From Neoechinorhynchus agilis (lineage: Eukaryota; Animalia; Acanthocephala): 64,000 nt of DNA. Both the position numbers and the translations under genes were made by a program. The notes under the pieces are model-generated. The model saw only the letters and a program-made list of their open reading frames with translations. It did not search any database and was not told where the DNA came from. Every line of letters starts with the position of its first letter. The first letter of the stretch is position 1. This document shows, one piece after another, positions 33,416 to 44,930 of the stretch. The stretch is taken from positions 4,434,389-4,498,388 of the forward strand of contig CM121343.1 of the NCBI GenBank assembly GCA_051530055.1. The letters run 5' to 3'.

Positions 33416-34961
33416 TCAACGTCGATGCATCGATAGAGGACTATTTGAATGGATATCTGCTTTTACTCGGTTACTCCAACGTTCGCCATCTACCTGCCAT
33501 ATATATTTTTTATTTAAAACCGTAATGATAGCCAATAGACCGCTTAAGTTCTTAAAATAAAGTCTGGATTTGTATTTTTGTTCATATTTTCTGATATACA
33601 TAACACGTTTATTGAAAATACAAAGAAAGATTAGGAGGATTCTGAATGCTTTTCGGTCATATACAATTGAAACTGTTTCATTATCCACGATGAATCAGTA
33701 TGGTAGCGAATATTGACGTTTTGTACAATACCATTCGGAGATCGGTGCCACAACTCTATTTCTTCGAACTGCTTCATAACGTCCACCAGATATTCGAATC
33801 TTTTCGCTCTTGATTTTCTTTAGAGTTGCACGGTCTAAGTGCTGCCAAACAGTGTCGGCAAAACTCCAGCGACCATTCAACGTAGGCGTGATTTTCTAAA
33901 AGTCCATTTGATCGTACTGACTGTTCTTTGCCTTGTGCCGAAGCCGTAAATATTCCATCCATCCCAAGCATCCTCCACAAATGGTCAAAAATTGCTTCAG
34001 TTGATAGTTGACGATGTTTTCTGAATTTGATTATCTCAGTCACTCCTGAGACAATATCACTAAATGCTTCAGAAAAAGGTTGGCGTCCCCTTAGAGGTCA
34101 TAAAAGTGTTGCAATTATCGGCTTAAGAATATCCTCGAAGGTTTCGAGATCCCCTTAGATCGCGCAAACGACGTACTTGGAAAACCGGGATCAGAAAACG
34201 GCTGCAAGCAATGAACATGTTGCCAAGTCTGGAGTGGATTTCATGGCTAGGTAAAAGAAATTCAAGGGGTCCAAAGGAATGTGTATGGTATTGTCGGATG
34301 TGCGTTTAATTTTAAGAGAATCCTTATAGATGAAGTGATTGAACTTACTATTATTATTCTCTAGCAGCATGTTGGACACTGAAAGCGTAATTCGCCGATC
34401 AAAATCTACCTTCCAATACCATCATTAATAATGATCTTAAGGGCCTATTTCTTTAGAATACAACGAATTTTTTTGTTTAGTGGGAAATGCACGTGTTTTG
34501 GAATGGACTAAAGGGACGCTTATTCCATAAGCGTAATTCGCCGATCAAAATTTATCTTAAGATACAATGTGTCTAATTGTGGCCGCGATATTTCGATGAA
34601 ATATTCATCATAATGGATTCTACAAGTATGATCGGAAAATTGGCAAAGTTCTTTAAACAGATATGGCGAAATAAAACTTACAACAGCGATTCTACTTTGG
34701 TCATTCAAACGCTAAAAACGAAGTACTGATCTTCATTCGCTCCGCCGCGGGTTTACCTGAGTAAAACTGAAATCTAAATCGTGTAATTATAGCACTCATC
34801 GCTGAAATCGCCGATGCTAAAATTATCAATGGATCGTGTAGCCTTTTTCGAAATGGCAGCATATTGGAGTGAATCGGTTCCCTGTAAGCCTCGTAAGGAA
34901 TCAAATAAAGACGATAGTTCGGAAAAGGTTCTATGTGACGAATGAAACGACTCGTGAGCAT
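33416..34961 (-). pseudogene. Decayed coding-like tract of unknown origin
   Basis: A chain of co-oriented 60-90 aa ORFs, several in the same frame and separated by single stops (e.g. 34379 to 33774); no family recognised. Confidence 0.25.
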
Positions 34962-36085
34962 TAGAGTCTGCTCATCTCCGACGGCTCGAAGTCATCAGGG
35001 AATCTTATCGGTCTGCAAACGTATTTTATAAGCCTAACAGGATTCACTTCCCCTGCTTAGTCGCCCTTAACCATGAACTATATTTCCGCGACGTCATCGC
35101 TTAACCGGTTTGTGTTCAACGAGAGCGACGCTACAATATTCGGAAAGGCGAATGATCAATAATTCCTTAGAACATAATCTCTAAAGTTAAAAACCATTCC
35201 ACAATTGATTACATTTTTAAATACGCTGTGAAGCACATAAAAGCTGACGAATTTTGGTGTTCCATTTTGCAAAGATAACCAAAACAGGCGGAACGGAGAC
35301 TAACATACACGCCCGCGAAATATTTCTCGATGTGAAAGCATCAATGTTTACTTCTCTTGCAACCTTAGATTCCAAATGATTTCACTTTGTGCCATTACTG
35401 GACAAGGTCGTTGTTTCCGATACTGCATGTTCAACCTCCCTACGCTGATTTGAGAAAGCACGCTTCAAAGCTTGCACTTTACTCGTTTTCCTCTTATGTT
35501 GAGATCCATTACCATTGGATACCTGGTTATCCGGGTTCCTTAAAGCTGTTTCGTCTTCCTTAGCTGGCGACCGTCTAGTGCAGCAGAATATTCTTTTTAT
35601 TTTAGACGGCATCTACGGCGAAAAGAGAAAAATCGACGATAAAACGAAGCAATAAAAACCCACAAACAGCACACAAAAAAACATAAATCGGAAATAATCA
35701 ACAATGGCGCCAATTGTCGAATACAGACAGTTTTACGCATGTATACACCGCATAGTCATATAAAATACATGGCGCCTATATTCGGGTGTGTGGCAAGCAT
35801 TCGAAAATTCGGGAATAACAACTGTACAACGTCAGGTTAGTGGATATCGAGAGACTCTGAGTCTATGCATGGTTTCATAAGCGAGATTCGTCGATAAAAG
35901 CTTATCTTCCAATACCATCATTAATAACGATCTTAATGGCTTATTTCGCAAGAATACAACGAATTCTTGGTTTGGTGGGAAATGCACGTGTTTCGGACTC
36001 GACTAAAGAAACACTGAAAAGTTCTACCCAGAACTCTATACCCAATTATTCCATAAGCGTAATTCGCCGATCAAAATTTATCTTC
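34385..36085. repeat. Dispersed duplication: about 34385-34560 is similar to about 35880-36085
   Basis: Shared CTTCCAATACCATCATTAATAA.GATCTTAA...GAATACAACGAATT...GTGGGAAATGCACGTGTTT and TTATTCCATAAGCGTAATTCGCCGATCAAAATTTATCTT. Confidence 0.8.
35382..35612 (-). CDS. Hypothetical protein, probable first exon (MPSKIKRIFCCTRR...)
   Basis: ATG directly preceded by a pyrimidine tract and AG; CpG-rich promoter-like sequence upstream; basic N-terminus with a CC pair. Confidence 0.4.
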   Translation of the reverse strand: MPSKIKRIFCCTRRSPAKEDETALRNPDNQVSNGNGSQHKRKTSKVQALKRAFSNQRREVEHAVSETTTLSSNGTK

Positions 36086-36088
36086 CAA

Positions 36089-36866
36089 TTCCCTCTCTTG
36101 CGAAATATTTCGCGAACAATAAAATGATTTCTAACCGGTCGAGTATATCCACCACACAAGTTAAAATTATTCTTTTTTTTCACAATACACGACGGCTCGA
36201 TGGACACACGCACAGTCCACCGATTTCGGTCTGGGAAGCGTTGGTTTGTGCTCAATGCTCAAAGACCGTACGGTTATAAGTTTGTGCATCCCTCCGGATT
36301 CTCAGATACCTCGAGGAAGCGGGACTGAACAGTGAGTTTCCTCCCTTCGACGGTAATTCGTCCCCTTTGGTTGTGCGTCATTGGCGGTAGCGGATTTAAA
36401 CCTGTTGACCCAACAGACTGATAAGGAGAATTAGTCCACTTGATCACCTCAACACAACTACGGAATGTACAAACTTCGCCACTTTAGCCAGGATAAGCTT
36501 TCCGATTTTTCAGCATTCTTATGCGTGGCTCAGCCGGTAATTGTTTGATGGATGTGTAAGATGATTCTTTTTAATCATATCGAGAGAAAATCCACCGGGA
36601 TGTTAAATTTTGACTTGTGGTGAAGATAATCACCCGGTTACGAATCATTTTGTTCTTCGCGAAATATGTGACAAACATGCGGAACAATGACCCGGATGAG
36701 GCGAGGTTCCCTCTCTTGCGAAATATTTCGCGAACAATAAAATGATTTCTAACCGGTCGAGTATATCCACCACACAAGTTAAAATTATTCTTTTTTTTCA
36801 CAATACACGACGGCTCGATGGACACACACACACAGTCCACCGATTTCGGTCTGGGAAGCGCTGGTC
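36089..36866. repeat. About 155-bp near-identical direct repeats at 36089-36245 and 36708-36866
   Basis: TTCCCTCTCTTGCGAAATATTTCGCGAACAATAAAATG...CGATTTCGGTCTGGGAAGCG is present twice; part of it also recurs inverted at about 48865-48925. Confidence 0.9.
36250..36480 (-). mobile_element. tRNA-headed SINE-like repeat, family B, copy 2
   Basis: Minus strand GAGGTGATCAAGTGGACTAAT...AGGTTTAAATCC followed by the family-B body. Confidence 0.6.
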
Positions 36867-36869
36867 TGC

Positions 36870-37010
36870 GCTCAGTGAGTTTCCTCTTCCAATCAAGGGG
36901 TTTTTTCGTCTCCTTCGATTGTGTGCGTCATCGTCGGTAACTGATTCGAACCCCGACCACCTCACGGTCTTAGGCATTGAGCGCCGACCAGCGCTTATCC
37001 ATACCAATGT
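36870..37010 (-). mobile_element. tRNA-headed SINE-like repeat, family B, copy 3 (diverged, shortened)
   Basis: Minus strand GTGAGGTGGTCGGGGTTCGAATC (B-box) then GATGACGCACAC and GAGGAAACTCACTG, shared with copy 2. Confidence 0.5.
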
Positions 37011-38149
37011 ATCAGCGATGACCCATCAAGGCTTCGTGGACGGTGAAAGAAAATAATTTTACACATATCTCTATCAATGCAGTGATGATTCAAATTATTT
37101 GGTTATTAATTCGATATCTGTTCTTTCGTTGTCGTTTCGCCGCAAGTCGATGTAATAAAAAGAGGGTGGCTTGATTTGAGACTTGTAACAAAGTGCACAG
37201 CGATCAACCCATTGGCGGAGTTTGTACATCGTCGATTTGTGTTGATTAAATGTCTGCGGAACGTGAATATGAGAACCCCTTCAATCACGACCAAGAATAC
37301 CTACAGAATCGTCTTTTGCGGCTCATATACATTCGACTTTGGTTATTAACTCGCCTCGAACTCATGTTGAGCCGTGCACGGAACATCATTCGAGAACATA
37401 GTCCAAAGGCCGATGACGATTAACAGTGACTGTTAGCTTAAAAATCATTTCGTTGCGTATGTCCATTTTGAACTAATTCACGTGAGTGCTCCACGAGTTT
37501 AGCGCGCAAGTGGCTCCAACCCTTTGCCAAATGCGCGCACACACCCACCAATGGAAGGTTTCTTTTTTGTTTCTAAATGTAACCTAACAACTCGTGATTG
37601 CCACATGAGTATTTTAAATTGAGGATTCGCATTCCGGAAGAAGGTTAAAATTTGATACTCATTCCATAGGCGTGTTTTTACTTTCTCAATCTTAAGATCG
37701 AAATATTTATCCGATAAACATTATAACTTTGTCATCGACAGAGAAAATCCTTTGTGTTAGTCAAAGTGTATACTTTTTTGAAAATCCCGATCAAGCTAAT
37801 CTCATTGATTTATTGGTGGTGAACATTTAGAGCCGTCCATCGTGGTTGTAAAGACGTATTAATGTCTAAATTTAAACTGCCGCTTTGTTCTTAAATTTTA
37901 TTGACGTTCAGAAGTCGTGCTTTTTCTATGAAATGACGATGCGCGTTATCGTGAGCACAAAAACCTTTTTAGCTTGCTTATTCGTTACTATCGTCTGCAT
38001 TTAATGGTTTGTCGCAAGAAATATTTTCTTAGTTGCCGAGAAGGTCGTTTAAAAGACCGCTGTATTGACTTAGATTTTTGTCGTTCGAATCTAAAGAAGT
38101 TTTCAATAATGCATGAAAGCTATCATCCGCCTTGATTATCGTTTCATAG

Positions 38150-38410
38150 TGAATTTTTATTGCACAGCCTCACACATTAATGGGCATGTCTTTTGGGATC
38201 TTTTTCCGTTCTTTGGGAGCCTCTTGGCTTACTCACACACTTCGGAGGCGCTCAACCGCACTCGAAGGGCCGGGGCCTTTGTGCGATCTCAAACCTAACC
38301 TTTACCCTTCCAGCAGCCTCGTGACCCCCCCCCGTGGAACCCAGCGACCAGTGGACTTGAACCAGCGACATACCAAGCGCATTTTGAACGCACACAACAC
38401 TGGGCCCTAG
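38150..38410 (-). mobile_element. tRNA-derived SINE, family A, copy 1 (diverged)
   Basis: T-arm/B-box GTCGCTGGTTCAAGTCCACT followed by the GC-rich body shared with 38461-38730 and 48505-48727. Confidence 0.7.
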
Positions 38411-38460
38411 CGAACATAGCATTGCGAAACGATAACGCTCTTGCGTTTATAATTGTACGA

Positions 38461-38730
38461 TTTTTTTATTCATTTATCTTAAATCACAAACACTCAGGGC
38501 CTCACGGCATGTCTTTGGGAGGCTTTCGGCTAACTCATACACTTCGGAGGTGCTCAGCCGCACTCGAAGGGACAGGGCCAATCCTCTTCCGAGGTCGATG
38601 GGCGATCTCAGACCCGACCCCACCCTTCCAGCGGCCTCGCAACCCCAGTGGAACACAGCGACCAGTGTATTTGAATCAGCGACCTATTGAGCGCATTTCG
38701 AAGGCACTTATACCAGTCGGCCAGTTTGGC
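38461..38730 (-). mobile_element. tRNA-derived SINE, family A, copy 2 (apparently full length, about 270 bp)
   Basis: Head GCCAAACTGGCCGACTGGTATAAG (A-box) ... AGGTCGCTGATTCAAATAC (B-box-like), GC-rich body, A-rich tail TAAGATAAATGAATAAAAAAA. Confidence 0.8.
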
Positions 38731-40805
38731 ATCTTCAAAACTTTACCTGCGCAAAAAACCATCAAAAATAGAAATGAAAGCGGTTGCTCTTCAGCGATCG
38801 TAGTGATCATACGAACACCAACCATAGCTATTTCACCACTCTTATCGGATAAACATTGAGTATTGATCGAGAGTCTGGTAAGGATGGCGAGAGAAAATAA
38901 TTTTAATCCTTTTTTATATATTTTTTTCGAACCAATTTATTTTATTACACTTTTTGTTACACGCAAAACAACAAAACGTTTAAACAATCACCACCGTCCA
39001 CGAAGAAGAGGCATCGCTCTACCCTCAGTGATCGCGACCACGCTCGCTGCGTTTCCTCTTTAGATCGTGAGACCAATGTTTTGGCGTAGGAATGCACCAG
39101 CTCTTGTATTTCCTGTCTTGGCCTCTTACAAAGCAAAATACACCTTTTGTTCTGCCCGCTTAACTCACAGCTTTTCGGATGTTGGGTACTTAATTTGTAT
39201 TTGATGAACAAAAGATTCTTTATTGCTACATTTGGTCAGCGCTTTAACGTTAGCGTTACCTTTCTCAAATAAACCTTCACTAATAGGCCGCAATTGTTAT
39301 CGTCCGTATTTTAGATGAGTGACGCTAGATTTTATTCCTTCAAATCCTCATTCAGCCTGGAATTTTGGAAAACTGCTTGTGAACTCAAATTGAAGGAAAC
39401 TAAACTAAGTGAGGAACCAATACCTATACGTCCAGTCTATGATTATTGTAGGTTGTTTGCTTTAACTAACTTACCAATTGTAAGTTCTTAAGCCTTCTAC
39501 GGTCGACATCCGTACGTTTACTACGATGTTGATTCATTCGTTAATAATAATAATGGGTCACAATATCATCCAATGCACTTAAATGGAGCAATGGTTATTT
39601 GTAACACTCTTAGAAAATATTCAAAATTATGCAATGATCTCAGCCCCTATGTTCATAAGGTTCTCTGTTTTATTTTCTGCAATCTCCAATTTTTGCTTTA
39701 GTTTAATGACTTTAAGGACATTGGCGAATTTGTATGTGCTTATGTTATTGCCTATTTGGTTTGTTAAGAACTCGCTGTTGTTAATCTGCATTAATAATTT
39801 AACTAGGATTTAAAGACCTATGAAGTTCATTATCGATGTGCATATCCAACCTTGAGATTTAAATCGCCTATTAAAATGCTAGAGGTTACAGATGGAATCG
39901 GCCGTGAAATAATAGATCTCCTCCAAAGAGATGAAGAAGCCATGTCAGAAATGCAATCGTCATATAAGCGGTTTATCAACCAGGGTGGGGACTATAAATA
40001 TTTCGCAATTAAAGTAGATAATCGTGTTATTACGTCCATATCACAAAGGTCGTCGTTAATGATTTCGTACAACGTAAAGTTTGCACTTTTCCTAAAACCT
40101 GCCGCCTATATCGACTTCAATTGGAAATTTGAAATTGAACGTCTTACCGTTTTTATATATATTGAACATTATGTTATCTGATGAGATTAAGACTGCGACA
40201 AAGCAGCTAGAAAAATCAATCTGTATCGTTCATCTCATTAATTTTGAGACAACGAAGGTTTTAAAATTTCGGAAGCTGGTATCATTCTACTGTGAAAGCT
40301 TCAGAACGCTTTTTATAAGTTTTAGGTTAGAAATTTTTTTTCTCAAATAGGTTTCCAGAATATTTTGAAGTCATGAGAGCAGCACGCATCAGAAATTTTT
40401 TCTTAAAAATAAAACAATTTTGTTTGTACCGTGTTTTCGCTTGAGGTTGTTCCCGTATACTTTTCATGTCCTTTATCGTTGTTCATTAACATCAATGTGA
40501 TGATATTAAGAACCATAATATATTTGACCTTCAGAATTTTAAAATATGCTCTGAATCAAATTTCGTACTATCTCATCTTTTATGGATAACGTGCTTTTAT
40601 CTATCTGAAAACAACACACATATACCGCACACCTCAAATCTTTGGGATCTTTTACCATTATTGTGGTGGTTTTTGAACAGCGCCGCATTCTATTCCCAAG
40701 CACAGCTCGATGCAATTTAGTTCGCCACAATGAAGGGTCCACTCACTACTTCTTAAATTCCTTTAAACAGTGCTAATGTCACTCTGAAGTGTACTAGAAA
40801 AAGGA

Positions 40806-43630
40806 ATGCTCCCAACAATCATTTCCAGTTTCACCGTTTTGTATCCACACGAAGAACTGCCTTTCCACGTACTTGGCAACACTCTTTATGATGGACAATC
40901 AATCATAGTTTGTCTCGTTTTTAATTTGAATGCCACTCGCCACAAGATTTCCATCTGTGTCTCCCCTCTCGTTGTAAGTCTAAGAATCGCAACATGAGAT
41001 AAAAAATCTTTAAGTAATGTAGATCAGCTTCTCATTTCAACCACATAGAAATTTTCCTTGTCATCTAGCGCAGCTCTGTCAACATGATAGATAACCAAGT
41101 CTTTATAACATGCGTTGGTAGACATTGTTTACAGCACTAAATCTTTCTCTTATGCCCTGTGATAGACTAAGCCCACGTTTTTGGGTCATTGGTAAGTATT
41201 CGCTGTGGTTTAAGGACCGATTTTCCACTTAACAAAAAGTCTCATCGCTAATTTTGGGCTTTAAAGTATATAGAGGCTCTACTGTTATTGTTTGTGGCAT
41301 TAGATTAGGTCAAATCAATACATTGAATGCCCTGAACAAAATTCCCAAATTTTAAAATGCAAGATTTGAACCTCTTCAACGTGTCTTACCAGACGAACTT
41401 TGTTGTAAGCGAAATCGTAAAACGCATTGACGAAGGAGATTCTGATCAACTAAGTGTGTAAGTTGCAATTCAATGTCTTGCGTATAATGCTTCCATTTTT
41501 AGGATTATATATTCTGTTCCCATGATCCATCTCCACATTCCATGTACCCTGCATGGCCTGTTAGACAATTCCTCATTTACTTATCTTTCAATGTGTACGT
41601 TCGAATATTTCCTCAGGAATCTTATCCAAAACGATTTTAAAATAGCGAAAATGTCGAAAATGTGACAATGCTTTTAATGAGGCAATCATTCGATAAGATT
41701 TTTACTGAAAAAAAATCTTCTTCTCCTTCCCCATGGATGTTGGTTCGATTTTCTGATCTGTCTAATTTATCGAAAACAGCAGAACTAACTGGGTTTGAAA
41801 ATTCTTCAATCTGCTGCAACGCGCAATACCCACATCTTGGGATTTACCTCAATCTCAGAGACAAACTTGATCCTGCAGTTTTGATAAACTCGTCAAACAT
41901 TTTAAACCTTGAAATGATGAAATGGCAAATGGAGCCAAAAATGGATTTGAACCTGATTTCGAGTAAGAAATGTGTTTTATTTGGCTCAGGAACTTTAGGC
42001 TGCAACATAGCAAGGATTCTCATGGTACGTTTTTGAGTGTATCCGATTGTTTAGGATTCATATCATTAGGGATGGTCAGTGCAACACATCACTTTTGTTG
42101 ATCAAGCATCTAGTGTTAGTGTATCCGCGCCTGTGAGACAATCCCTCTTCGCTTTCGACGATGCCAAATGTAATAATCAGCTTTCGAAGTGTGAATGTGC
42201 CGCCGCTGCATGTAGGAAAATAAATCCACAAATCGTAAGGAAGGATCTATTTTCGCAGTTCGAACGGATTTTTTAGTCTGTCAATGCCGTAAAATTGCAT
42301 ATACCGTGCCCAGGAAGTCTACATTGCAATGAAAACAAACAGGTCAACCAACTTAATCAATTGATCGATCTTATTGATTCCCACGACGTTGTTTTCTTGG
42401 TCACCGATACAAGGGAAAGCCGCTTAATACCCACACTGATAGCAAGGGCCAAAGATAAGGTTATTAAGTAGTAAATAACTTTTCAGGCTCATTTGCTGGT
42501 GACTTTCCCAGTTAACAATTATTATATTTCTTTTGCTTCAATGCATTCTAGCTGCTCCCAACGACTCGGTTTATTTACTTTTTGCAAGGAGACAGGTACA
42601 ACACCTTTTTTTCTTATTCGTATTTTAGTTTTTTATAAAAAGTATAGATGCTAAAATTTCACCAAAATCTACTAGCGCCTTATCCAATTTTAGTTTAAAG
42701 ATTTTGAGTCGAGGTTATCGTATTTGTTAGTTTAGCCTAAATTATTTAGCATTTATGTATAACGAAACCGTGATCTTAAACAATTTCGTGTGACTAGCAC
42801 ACGTCATTTTTTTAGCAGAAAGCTTTAAAGGTAATATTTAGGCTGCTACCTTCTTATTAGGTAACCATGGTTTCGGCTCTATAAATTTTCATGTCTTATA
42901 CTTCGTTGTTCTAAGCTCCTAACATTAACTTGCAGTTTTTAAAAAATATGAAAGGAATTGTTTTTTGGCACTTTTAGTCACCAGCATAGATGTAGCTTTT
43001 TACAGAGAAAATTTGATCCTTTGTGCATTCCATATTTTGCATTTTTCTAGATAGCAATTACAGTAGCCGTCGGTTTCGACAGTGCACTGGTTATTAGACA
43101 CGGTCGTCTGAACGACAACCTTGGTTGTTATTTTTGCACGGATAATTCCACACCTAATGCAAAATTTGGTCAAGACCGTACTCTTGATATGCAATGCACT
43201 GTATCCAGGCCCGGTATTTCGATGATTGTATCAGGATTCGCAGTTGAGATGTTGGTCAATTATTGTATGAAGGAATCCCTTGCACCCTCGTTCACATCCT
43301 GCATTCCACATAGCGTAAGTCAATATTTTTCAAATATTTAATACACTGTTTTAGATCCGAGTATTCTTGTCTAACTTTCATATAATCACTCCAGAAATAC
43401 ATGCATTTGACTTGTGTATCGCTTGTGGACCCAAGGTTTCCTTGTTATAACGTTTTCACGATTTTATCCCATACTCTTTAGGTGAGAGAGCAATTTAAAA
43501 TAGACCCATACAAGTTTTTAATTACCATTCTAAATGAACCTAATATGCTGCCAGTGATATCAGGCTTAAATGATCACGTCAAGGGAATCGTTATTGACAA
43601 CGAGGATGATGATATTGTTGTTGTTCTGTA
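40806..43630 (+). CDS. ATG7: Autophagy E1-like enzyme ATG7, multi-exon; the 5' end upstream of about 41500 is uncertain
   Basis: DPSPHSMYPAWPVRQFL, LNLEMMKWQM..KCVLFGSGTLGCNIARILM, HITFVDQ..PVRQSLF, SHDVVFLVTDTRESR, GFDSALVIRHG..LGCYFC..DRTLDMQCTVSRPG (catalytic Cys). Introns of about 40-46 nt plus one of 591 nt (42460-43050). Confidence 0.93.
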
Positions 43631-43782
43631 AACAAAAAGACGGTGGTTATGTTCAGCTTTATGCCGTTGATGGTCATTAATCAGGAAATAATATTTGTTG
43701 CGATCAGCACTTCTTAAGCACGATCGGAAATCAATATTATTGTAGCGCTTATACTCACTTTTTAGCCTTACATTTTAGACAA

Positions 43783-44930
43783 ATGCTTCAACTATTGAGA
43801 AAGTCTCTTGGTGGTCAAGGTAAACGCGCTCAGAATGAAGAGGCTGCTGGATTAGGGAATGAGTTATTCGCCTTGGGGAATTTCGCAGAGGCGAATCTCG
43901 CCTATACCGAAGCCCTCAAGACTCATGGCGAGTATGCAAATTTGTTTGTTAATCGCGCTTTATGTAAACTCATGCTCGGTGAATGGAATGAGGTGATTTC
44001 CGATTCGAAGCGAGCTATCGAAATCGACAATCAGAGCATAAAAGGGCATTTTTTTCTGGGGTTAGGTTATCTCGAGAAGGCCGAGCTGGACGAGGCCGTT
44101 CATCATTTACGAGAGGCCCGTTATTTGAGTGAGAAGTCTTTGGTTTTGTATATGGACGACCCGATCGAAAGGGCTCTTCGTCGAGCTTTTTACACACAAT
44201 GGCAATTGAGAAACGGAAAGGATAGCATAAGCGCAAAGGAAAAAGAAATTCCGGAGTATTTAGCATGTCAAATATGTATGGATATCCTCCAAGATCCAGT
44301 TATTACTCCAAGTGGCTTAACATATTGCAGACGGTGCATAACGCAATGGTTCTTGTTATGATTTCGTGGCACACAAAAGCTGCTGAGTGAAAACTTTCGC
44401 AGAAACTCGGTAGTTATACTTGGATTAGAACAACTATGAGCCATAAACAATTGATCTTACCAAAAGTATAGATCGACATGATAAAATATAAGCCATATTA
44501 AGAAAAATTTCAATTCGAAGCAATTATTGTCAAATTTATCCTGATGTGAAAAATTGTGAAAAAAATGAAAATTTTAAAAGCTCAGACTTAAATATTTCGT
44601 GCCAGGCATATTATACTTGGGAGTGCAAAGCGTTTGTGATAAAGCGCTTAAAATAGACGAAGTTATAAAGAAATGTTTATAGATGAAAATGTCATCTCTG
44701 CTTGAAGGGTGAAACTTTCCTCGGCTTGTTGTTTTTTTATAGTTGCAATAAATATACCGGTCTAAGCAAGAACCACTTGCATAACGGATATAATCTATAA
44801 GGTCGGACACTCAGATCCAGTGACTGGTACGCGGTTGGATGAGGTTGATTTGATTTCCAATATCGCAATACGTCAAGCTACGGAACATTTTTTGACTGAT
44901 AATGGATGGGTATATGCTGGGTTCGATTGA
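43783..44930 (+). CDS. STUB1: CHIP/STUB1-like TPR + U-box E3 ligase; proposed exons 43783-44354, 44403-44409, 44802-44930
   Basis: Three TPRs (GNELF..A..AYTEA..LFVNRALC..KGHFFLG), then EIPEYLAC..DPVITPSGLTY and the CHIP-type end VGHSDPVTGTRL..LISNIAIRQATEHFLTDNGW. Confidence 0.85.

Noticed and set aside
34990-35000. Other CTGANGA hits (about 49-55, 26477, 28576, 34993)
   Set aside because: A stem follows, but there is no GAAA at the required position.
38461-38730. RNase P/MRP, SRP RNA or HDV-like ribozyme in the GC-rich repeat
   Set aside because: It lacks RNase P CR-I/CR-V pairing and the SRP helix-8 motif; the HDV-like register has only a 4-nt L3 and no P2. A tRNA head plus A-tail fits a SINE better.
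39583-40742. A separate gene upstream of ATG7
   Set aside because: Short overlapping ORFs on both strands with no motif, and no stop-free exon chain could be built.
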